DNA from: Octopus sinensis
Lineage: Eukaryota
Direction of reading: 5' to 3'
DNA: 7,529 nt
Assembly: GCF_006345805.1 (NCBI RefSeq)
Contig: NW_021828857.1
Location: forward strand, 1 to 7,529
Numbering within the stretch: position 1 is the first letter of the stretch; every line of letters starts with the position of its first letter. Shown piece after piece: positions 1-6,685 of this stretch. The notes under the pieces are model-generated. The model was not told the origin of the DNA. It saw nothing but the letters and a program-made list of their open reading frames with translations, and did not search any database. The position numbers and the translations under genes were made by a program.

Positions 1-60
1 CTAAAATGGCTTATCTGACAACGACGACGACGATGATGATGATATTAATTTTTAAAAAAA

Positions 61-420
61 AACATTTTAATCGCCACCCCGCCCTCCCTCACGACTACAT
101 AACTCTCTCGCCTCTGTCTCCCCATGTACCCACGTGACCTCCCATTCAACCACTTACACACCGAGTCCTTCCCTCACAGACACAACGACGCACTCGCAGT
201 TGTCCGGTTGTGGAGGGAGAACATCAACTCGACCGATTTCTTTAGTCTGCGACTCGGAACCGCTTATGAAATCATTGAACATGGTTCCTGCTTCGAGACA
301 CCAAACTGCAGTAACGTAAAATCAATCAATCAATCAATTAGAAACATAAGTAAACGCCAACGGCCATGTCGAATTTTTTTACAGCCCTATGCATACTTTT
401 TGCAAGCCGCCATCTTGCTT
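61..420. promoter_or_regulatory. CpG-containing promoter-proximal region with YY1-like, GC-box and E-box motifs
   Basis: Seen: CCCCGCCC 77-84, CACGTGAC 131-138, GCCGCCATCTTG 406-417 (AAGATGGCGGC on the minus strand, the YY1 consensus), and CGGCCATGTC 361-370 (YY1-like). GC content is locally higher than the rest of the window. Function is inferred. Confidence 0.45.
158..282 (-). CDS. Probable first coding exon of an unidentified gene continuing left of the window: MFNDFISGSESQTKEIGRVDVLPPQPDNCECVVVSVREGLG(V). The whole exon is 158-305.
   Basis: Seen on the minus strand: branch-like CTAAT (~341-337), acceptor ttactgcAG| at 307-306, and a 148-nt exon with one open frame (WCLEAGT-MFNDF...). The ATG at 282-280 has ACC-ATG context, and the donor is |GTAAGT at 157-152. 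The protein family was not recognised. If the exon is internal, codons 283-305 are also coding. Confidence 0.65.
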
Positions 421-444
421 CTATTCTTCTTCTTTTATTGTTAC

Positions 445-578
445 CTCTTAGGTAGGAGGAAATATCAGGGACAATGATCCATAGCAAAGCCTTCAAAGCT
501 TGTAAGAGGGAGAGGAAGTTATCAAACGAGACCCAAATGTTTGCAACAGAGTCGACTATGCTAAAGACACCCACACAC
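445..578 (-). other. Candidate upstream exon (5' UTR or coding) joined to exon 158-305 across a 139-nt intron (306-444)
   Basis: The donor AGAG|GTAACA is at 444-439 and a possible acceptor ccctAG| is at 580-579. Splicing keeps the frame open (...SSYLR-V-WCLEAG...), but this exon has no in-frame ATG. It contains an out-of-frame uORF MDHCP* (482-465). The 5' boundary is uncertain. Confidence 0.35.
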
Positions 579-696
579 CTAGGGACGTATTAAGACACAT
601 AGAAATCCTAAGCATTTAAAAGATTTTAGTGCCCCCATATATTTATTAAAAAAAATTATTACCTTTGTATGGCATTTATTCCCATGCTAGCCACTT

Positions 697-728
697 GATA
701 ATATCGATATTTAAATATCGATTTTATC
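697..728. promoter_or_regulatory. 32-bp palindrome containing a DRE-type TATCGATA motif
   Basis: ATCGATATTTAAATATCGAT (703-722) is a perfect palindrome and extends to 697-728 with one T/T mismatch. TATCGATA is at 702-709 and TATCGATT at 716-723. Confidence 0.4.
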
Positions 729-904
729 CATATTTATAAATTTATATAATTCGTCACTATATTCACTGCGGTGTTTATTTTGACCATATCGCGCTTATGA
801 GGTGGTTGGCGGGAATTTGAACTGGCCCTGTACATATATGCATATATATGTATGTATGGACGTTCGTATATGTAAGTATAACTTGTGTTCTGTATATATA
901 TATT

Positions 905-1116
905 TGTATTTATGTGCCCATCTGATATATTCAACTGATAAAGGCAGAGCTAGAAATCCAGGATCTTGAATTATTCAGTAATACCTTTTTGTTAGTCAAT
1001 TTTGTCCCTCTGTCATCTCATGGTGCGATATGAACATTTAAGGTGGTTCTTAGAGTCAGGGATTGACTGCTATTTCGACATGGTGGTGTCTCTCAGCTCT
1101 CTCAGCTACCCTTATT
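905..1116 (+). mobile_element. Short hammerhead-bearing segment, probable Penelope-like terminal-repeat or retrozyme-like relic
   Basis: A non-microsatellite block lies between two TA tracts and carries the 929-971 fold. The family assignment is inferred from the hammerhead type, and the boundaries are approximate. Confidence 0.4.
929..971 (+). ncRNA. Degenerate minimal type I hammerhead ribozyme
   Basis: Stem I ATTCAA(929-934)/TTGAAT(966-971); core CTGATAA (G8 to A at 940); weak stem II GGC-AGA-GCT; GAAA 953-956; palindromic stem III ATCC-A-GGAT; AUC triplet with C17 at 965. Confidence 0.6.
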
Positions 1117-1143
1117 TATATATATATATATATATAATAATAT

Positions 1144-1176
<33 letters not shown>

Positions 1177-1282
1177 ATATAATATCATATATATATTATA
1201 TATATATAATATATATATATTATGATATCATATATGATATTATATTATATATATATAGATTACAGATTATACAATATATATA
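1117..1282. repeat. Degenerate (TA)n tract, almost pure A/T
   Basis: Seen directly. Confidence 0.95.
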
Positions 1283-1600
1283 TTATTGTTGTATTTAGGA
1301 ATGGTCATTTTGCCAGTTTAGCCAATAAAAACACACGCACTATATATTTGGTGTTACTTTGTTTCAGTGTTATTTATTTTTACATTAATCTTAATCTTAT
1401 TTCGGCCAGAGTTCTTTCGTCACACTCCTGTGACCGCATCAGTGGTCCTTTGTTTTCTTCTCTTATTTGTGTCTCTCCTTACTAACCGTCAGCCTTTTGT
1501 ATTTCTATTGTATGTCTTCATTTGCGCATGCTATATCTCTATGTGCGTTATGTTTATTTAGTGTATGTATGTGGGGCATGCCTGTAATATTTGTATCTTC
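1283..1600 (-). mobile_element. Short hammerhead-bearing segment, probable Penelope-like terminal-repeat or retrozyme-like relic
   Basis: It carries the 1404-1448 fold and its minus-strand 3' end abuts the TA tract at 1282. Boundaries and family are inferred. Confidence 0.4.
1404..1448 (-). ncRNA. Degenerate minimal type I hammerhead ribozyme
   Basis: The minus strand reads GG(A)CCA-CTGATGC-G-GTCAC-aggagt-GTGAC-GAAA-G-aa-C-T-C-TGGCC. Stem I is CCA/TGG, extendable with a bulge; stem II is 5 bp; stem III is 2 bp; the triplet is CUC. A9 is replaced by C (1436). Confidence 0.65.
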
Positions 1601-1611
1601 TGTTTATATAT

Positions 1612-1734
1612 GTTCATGTAATTTGTAATTTTATACGTTCATGTAATTTGTTCATGTAATTTGTATTTTGTTTTTTTGTTTTTTGTTTTTTGTTTTTTGT
1701 TTTTTGTATATATATATATATATATATATATATA
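1612..1734. repeat. Three copies of GTTCATGTAATTT (1612-1624, 1637-1649, 1650-1662), then (T5-7G)n and (TA)14
   Basis: Seen directly. Confidence 0.9.
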
Positions 1735-1899
1735 CGACGGGCTTCTTTCATTTTCCGTCTACCAAATCTACTCACAAGACTTTGATCAGCCTGAGGCTAA
1801 TGTAGAAGACACTTGCCGAAGATGCCACACAGCAAGACTGAACCCGAAACCATGTGGTTGGGAAGGAAGCATCTTACCACACAGCCATTCCTGTACCTA
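1733..1899 (-). mobile_element. tRNA-derived SINE, family A, 5' half only
   Basis: A-box TGGCTGTGTGG (1887-1877) and B-box-like GGGTTCAGTCT (1845-1835). The body is homologous to 4485-4632 (+) and 6113-6228 (-), and it ends at the (TA)n tract. Confidence 0.85.
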
Positions 1900-1989
1900 T
1901 ACATAATATATATATATATATACACACATACATACACATATATACCCACCTTAAGATTAGTGAAACATTGAAATTTGAATATACATTTT

Positions 1990-2130
1990 GATGTTATTGT
2001 TGCTGTTGTTGATACAGTTAGTGTCACTGTTGCTATTAGTTGCGGTGGTGGTAGTGGTGGTGGTGGTGGTGGTGGTGGTGGTGGTGGTGGTATTGGCGGC
2101 AATGGTCCTTGTCACGGTGGCGATGATGGT
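1990..2130. repeat. Degenerate triplet tract (GTT/GGT/GAT) with a (GGT)n core at 2044-2091
   Basis: Seen directly. Confidence 0.9.
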
Positions 2131-2139
2131 GAAGAGCTT

Positions 2140-2390
2140 ATACATATACATACATACATACATACATACATACATACATGCATACATACATACATATATA
2201 TATACATAACCTATTTCAATTAATCCTTTTGCTTGTTGTATGTGTGTATATATGTGTATATATGTATATATATATATATATACATACACATACATACATA
2301 TATACATACATACATACATACATACGTACATACATATATACAAATATACATACATACATACATACATACATACATGCATACATACATACA

Positions 2391-2424
<34 letters not shown>

Positions 2425-2435
2425 CATACACACAC
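2140..2435. repeat. Compound (CATA)n/(TA)n microsatellite
   Basis: Seen directly; it is the source of many spurious YIHT/VCMY ORFs. Confidence 0.95.
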
Positions 2436-2662
2436 AATACAAGGAAGAAAGAGATTAATTGAAATAGGCTAATAGCTCAATATAGAATTCCACTCTGACT
2501 TACTTAGAGTATGGCGTTGAGAGGCGTGGTAAAATAAAAAAATACAGAGAAATATTTTGAAAATCTTAAAAAAACATAGATATAGAATCATTAATGCCTA
2601 ATAGTGCTTTTATATCAATATGTTTACTATAAAAGTTGGGGTAATGATTGGTAATGGGCAAT

Positions 2663-2836
2663 TTATTTATCGTTCCCATTTGATGGGTTGTTGTTTTTTT
2701 CTGTCTTAAAAAATAGGCTGAAGAATTGGTCGTGTTGTCGTAAAGTTGGCTTCATAGTCACGTTTTTTCGGTTAGGATCCAATTCAACTACGCATTGAGC
2801 AAGTGGCATCTGCCATTGGTTCGAGTCGACCAAAAC
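2663..2836 (-). CDS. Probable terminal coding exon of an unidentified gene: VLVDSNQWQMPLAQCVVELDPNRKNVTMKPTLRQHDQFFSLFFKTEKNNNPSNGNDK*
   Basis: The pyrimidine-rich acceptor tttctatttgttgcttttcacactcaAG| has its AG at 2838-2837. It is followed by 57 non-repetitive codons in phase 0 and TAA at 2665-2663, with AATAAA overlapping the stop. No upstream exon was confidently found. Confidence 0.55.
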   Translation of the reverse strand, partial: VLVDSNQWQMPLAQCVVELDPNRKNVTMKPTLRQHDQFFSLFFKTEKNNNPSNGNDK

Positions 2837-2911
2837 CTTGAGTGTGAAAAGCAACAAATAGAAATTATATGGAAGTACTTTTCACACACACACACACACA
2901 GAGCAATATAT

Positions 2912-2996
2912 ATATAACCATTATCGGTAGGAACCTTTTTAAAAAGTTATATATATATATAACTTTTTAAAACGGTTCCTACCGATATGGTTATAT
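2912..2996. repeat. 85-bp spacer-less inverted repeat centred on (AT)6
   Basis: The left arm atataaccattatcggtaggaacctttttaaaaagttatata matches the reverse complement of the right arm except for one indel and one substitution. The centre lies between 2954 and 2955. Confidence 0.95.
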
Positions 2997-3055
2997 TTCC
3001 ATACCGAAATCTACCCGGAAATAATTGTTGATTTTGAAATTAATAATTATTTACC

Positions 3056-3057
<2 letters not shown>

Positions 3058-3091
<34 letters not shown>
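3058..3091. repeat. (TA)17 microsatellite
   Basis: Seen directly. Confidence 0.95.
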
Positions 3092-3092
<1 letters not shown>

Positions 3093-3399
3093 CCTGCTCG
3101 TGAAATTAACGTGTAAGTGGCTGAGCACTTCACACACTCGTATACCCTTAACGTAGTTCTCGGGGAGAGGCAACATGACACGGAATGTGAAAGGCTGACC
3201 CTTTGAAATACATGTACAACAGAAACAGGAAGAAAGAGTGAGAAAAATTTGGTGAAATTGTGTTGAAAGAGTACAGCAGGGTTCACTGCCACCCTCGTGG
3301 ATCTTTAGGTGTTTTCGCTCAATAAACACTCACAATGCCCGGTTTGGGAATGGAAACCGCGAGTCCGCTGCCCTAACCAGTGGGCCATTGTGCCTCCAC
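3091..3399 (-). mobile_element. tRNA-derived SINE, family C
   Basis: The minus-strand head gtggaggcacaaTGGCCCACTGGttagggcagcggactc has an A-box-like motif (3387-3377) and B-box-like GGTTTCCATTCC (3358-3347). The body ends at the TA tract. It resembles Octopus SINEs from recall only. Confidence 0.7.
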
Positions 3400-3634
3400 A
3401 TACATGCATATGCACATGCACACACATATAAGAAAGAAGTTAAAAATAACGGTCATTACATATAATTCCGTTATTGGAGCAAGTATGGCTTACAGCTGTT
3501 TCCAGTAGTCATTATAGGTGCATTACTGAGAGGTTTACTCAATTGTTCTATTGATCAATTGAAGTAAAGTGAACGACCTAAGAAAAGTTATGTTACTTTC
3601 CTCAGAGCCATTTCTGAAAGTAGCAAATGCCACG

Positions 3635-3722
3635 TCATTTTTATCGACACAAAACGATAAAAACTAAATTGTTCTCGGCGATTTAACCGACACTAGAACG
3701 ATTCTGCCAGCTCGCTGCCGCC
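3635..3722 (-). mobile_element. Degraded, internally deleted SINE family B fragment
   Basis: aacgattctgccagctcgctgcc (3697-3719) matches 5188-5210, and ttttatcgac...ctcggcgattt matches 5083-5132. The B-box segment is largely missing. Confidence 0.7.
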
Positions 3723-3932
3723 AACACCACTATTACTCTACACGTTCAAGCATTATACACCCACTCAGAAAATCGTGAACACCACCACCCCTGTAAGGAA
3801 CAGTCGAAATTTTTCAAATGCTCAACACTCGCTTCATAAAAGAAAACATGTAACAGAAGACTGTTGTTCATTGATACCTATATCGTTTGTCATCTCGCCT
3901 TTATGTATTACATAAGCAACCGGAAGCATATG

Positions 3933-4140
<208 letters not shown>

Positions 4141-4375
4141 AATTCAATCACGTTAATATAATGATTGTTGCTAATTACGGAGATGTACTTGCATAGCAAG
4201 TGATTTGATCTGAGATTGTGTGCTGAAACGAAAACAATTGCAGCGTGGAAGGTGTTTGTAAGCCATTTAAGAAACACACAAAAGCCGTTCGATTCACTTC
4301 AACATTTTAGTTAAATTTGTCAAAATATTTTCGTCGCTTTAAGACCGCGACCTGTTCACTGACAAATATCCGTGC
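4141..4375 (-). mobile_element. Short hammerhead-bearing segment abutting the (ATAG)n array; probable Penelope-like terminal-repeat or retrozyme-like element
   Basis: It carries the 4315-4367 ribozyme near its minus-strand 5' end and runs about 180 nt to the microsatellite. Family and boundaries are inferred. Confidence 0.5.
4315..4367 (-). ncRNA. Minimal type I hammerhead ribozyme, G3-C8 core variant
   Basis: The minus strand reads ATTTGTCA-GTGAACA-G-GTCGC-ggtcttaaa-GCGAC-GAAA-A-ta-T-T-T-TGACAAAT. It has an 8-bp stem I, a GUGANCA core, a 5-bp stem II, GAAA, a self-complementary stem III hexamer AATATT, and a UUU triplet. The predicted cut is between 4323 and 4322. Confidence 0.8.
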
Positions 4376-4484
4376 TGCTTATTGCTTATGTATTCGTTGT
4401 TAAGTATAAGAGCATTAAATTCTGAAAATGAGCATCGAATATTATAAATTATAGTCAGAGAGACTATAAGAGAAAAACTTGATG

Positions 4485-4870
4485 TAGGTGTAGGTGTGGC
4501 TATGTGGTAAAAAGCTTAATTCCCAATCACATGGTTCCGGGTTCAGGCCCACCGCATGGCACCTTGGGCAAGTGTCTTCTACTATAGTGTCGGGCCGACC
4601 AATGATTTGCAAGTGGATTTGGTAGACGGAAACAGTTTGTGGAGGGAAGTTTTTGTGCCTGTGTTTGTGTCCCCCATCACCGTTTGACAACCGATGCTGG
4701 TTTGTTTACGTCCCCGTAAACTAGCGATTCGGCAAAGGTGATCGATATAATACGTACGAGGTTTAAAGACAAGTAAGTACTGGAGTCGATTTATTCGCCT
4801 AAAATTTCTTCAACGCGGTGCTCCAGCATAGCCGCAGTCAAATGCCTGAAACAAGTAAAGGATAGAAGAT
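4485..4870 (+). mobile_element. tRNA-derived SINE, family A, near full length
   Basis: A-box-like TGGCTATGTGG (4497-4507), B-box GGTTCAGGCCC (4540-4550), and a CORE-like caccttgggcaagtg segment. The 3' half is homologous to the reverse complement of 5739-5980. No target-site duplication was seen. Confidence 0.88.
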
Positions 4871-4975
4871 ATGAATTAAAATAAAAATAGAATCACATTA
4901 TTTTGATATATATATATATGTTTCCAAGTTTGGCACGAGATGACATCGACACCAATCCTCAACTGATAATTATTT

Positions 4976-5212
4976 TATCTGTTTCCTTATTGCCCACAAG
5001 GGGCTAAACACAGAGGAGACAAACAAGGACAGACAAACGGATTAAGTCGATTACATCGACCCCAATGCGTAACTGGTACTTAATTTATCGACCCCGAAAG
5101 GATGAAGGGCAAAGTAGACCTCGGCGGAATTTGAACTCAGAACGTAACGGCAGACGAAATGCTCCTAAGCAGTTTGCCAAGAGTGCTAACGATTCTGCCA
5201 GTTCGTTGCCTT
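4976..5212 (-). mobile_element. tRNA-derived SINE, family B, near full length
   Basis: A-box-like TGGCAGAATCG (5200-5190), B-box GAGTTCAAATTCC (5138-5126), and a central ccttcatcctttcggggtcgataaattaagtaccag module. A second, degraded copy is at 3635-3722. Confidence 0.88.
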
Positions 5213-5738
5213 TATACTTTTACATATTATCATACATGTTATGTTTAATAGCTAACCACAAAAATAAACCGTTGAATAATGAAACAACTGGATTGGAGAT
5301 TAATGTAGTGATTCTGCTGTGGTTAGAAATAATTTGTATAAAAGCTGAAGATAAACGATGCTGAAGTTAAAAATGAGTATTAGGTGACTTGGAAGTTAGA
5401 CACCAGATTAATATGAATGTTATTATAATTACTAAATTATAATCAAGTGGGATGTGTTTGGCAAACGTGATTTAATATGAGAAGCGAGTGTGTTACGAAA
5501 GATTAGAAAGAAAATTGAAAAATTAACTATTAATAGTAAAGGATTAGTAAAATTTCAAATTTTAATCACATGGTCTGTTGAAGAGAATGTGATTTTGTAT
5601 TAGAGGTATATAAGTTACTAATCCATAACATCTGTTTTCTAATATTTGGAAAGTTTTAACATATTTACCAAAAGATATGCAGCCTGTAATAGTTCTGCTG
5701 TTAGCTTAATTTTAGTTCTATGTTCTCATGGTTTTTTT

Positions 5739-6228
5739 ATCTTTTGGCTTTTACTTGCTTCGATCATTAGACTGCGGCCATGCCGGGGTACCGCCTTGAA
5801 GAGTTTTTAGTCGAATGAATTGACCCCAGTAATTAATGTTTTTTTTTTTTTGCTTTTTGTTTTAAAAGCCTTGTCCTTATTCTATCGGTCACTTTTGTCG
5901 AACTGCTAATTTACGTGGACGTAAACACACCAGCGCCGGTTGTCAAGTGGTGGTGGGCGACAAACACAGACACAAAGGCACTTACACCCACGTGCGCACA
6001 TACACACATATACACATACACGACGGGGATGTAAACACACCAACACTGGTTGTTAAGCGGTGGTAGAGAACAAACACAGACCCAAAAGAAACACTCACAC
6101 ACACACATATATAATACGGGCTTCTTTCAGTTTTTGTCTATTAAATCCACTCACAAGGCTTTGGTTGGTCTGAGATTTTGTAGGAAATACTTGCCTAAGG
6201 TACCACGTAAGCTTCTTTCCACAAACTG
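5739..6228 (-). mobile_element. tRNA-derived SINE, family A, with a ~110-bp internal duplication and a B-box deletion
   Basis: It is collinear with the reverse complement of 4485-4870. The gtaaacacacc block occurs at both 5921 and 6031, and the B-box region is absent at 6207/6208. Confidence 0.85.
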
Positions 6229-6685
6229 TTGGAAATTATTCCTTAGGCGGGCGACTGGGTTAATTGGGGATCTTAAGAACGGAATGCATACCTACGACGA
6301 TTGCAATGTTAATCTGTCCTTTCTTGTGCTAAGGTAGAATCCCATTGAGTTGGGGTGCAGAATGTTCACAGGCAAATCACTCTGTAGAGCCCACATCATG
6401 TTGGGTATCACAAGGGACCAGTTGGCGCAAGGTTATGAAGTTGGTTATGGATGCAGAAAAAGTTGCGCCGAGATAGCTGTGAATCATCAAGTGTGAGCCC
6501 AGAAAGGATAGAACTATCTGGACACAAGATCGAAATGGGGAGTAGATCGACAATCGACAACTGATGAAGAGACGTTCTTTATGTTACTTGTCCTGTTTTC
6601 CATTTGTTTCTCTCGTTGTTTATGTATTCAACTCTTTTGTTTTGGTATTTCATATCGTTTACGGTTTGAGACGTCCTGTACCCCA

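Noticed and set aside
366-455. Short hydrophobic plus-strand ORF MSNFFTALCILFASRHLASILLLLLLPLR* with a possible AG|GTAGGA donor
   Set aside because: The hydrophobicity comes from a CTT repeat, it lies antisense within the predicted intron, and no downstream plus-strand exon was found. It is not fully excluded.
124-477. Plus-strand ORFs 124-477 and 134-319
   Set aside because: They are antisense shadows of the better-supported minus-strand exon, and they run through an (AATC)n repeat or lack a real start.
1612-1662. Short direct repeats as a possible CRISPR-like array
   Set aside because: The 13-nt units have no regular unique spacers, the context is eukaryotic, and there are no cas genes. 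No CRISPR or prokaryotic system is seen anywhere in the window.
1002-2472. Many ORFs rich in YI, YIHT, VCMY, poly-P, poly-G, poly-T or poly-V
   Set aside because: They are translations of stop-free microsatellites with no splice or codon evidence. The same applies to 3864-4156 and 6564-7189.
3047-3329. ORFs over the family C SINE, and similarly 1661-1906, 4442-4690, 5065-5364, 5911-6108 and 6050-6337
   Set aside because: These are chance open frames across SINE sequence.
3494-3577. 84-nt minus-strand segment with acceptor ttttcttAG| and donor |GTAAGC
   Set aside because: It has stops in all three frames, so it is not a coding exon. A non-coding or poison exon cannot be supported without RNA data.
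4485-4560. tRNA-like A/B-box heads here and at 1835-1899, 3347-3399 and 5126-5212
   Set aside because: No complete cloverleaf was seen, and each continues into a repeat body. They are SINE heads, not tRNA genes.
5665-5700. Mini-exon-like ELLQAAYLL followed by |GTAAAT on the minus strand
   Set aside because: There is no polypyrimidine tract, an in-frame stop lies shortly upstream, and it is too short to support.
6556-6592. GACAA-CTGATGA-AGAG(acgtt)CTTT-ATGTTAC-TTGTC hammerhead-like fold
   Set aside because: There is no GAAA and too few bases for stem III plus the cleavage triplet, so it is not called a ribozyme.
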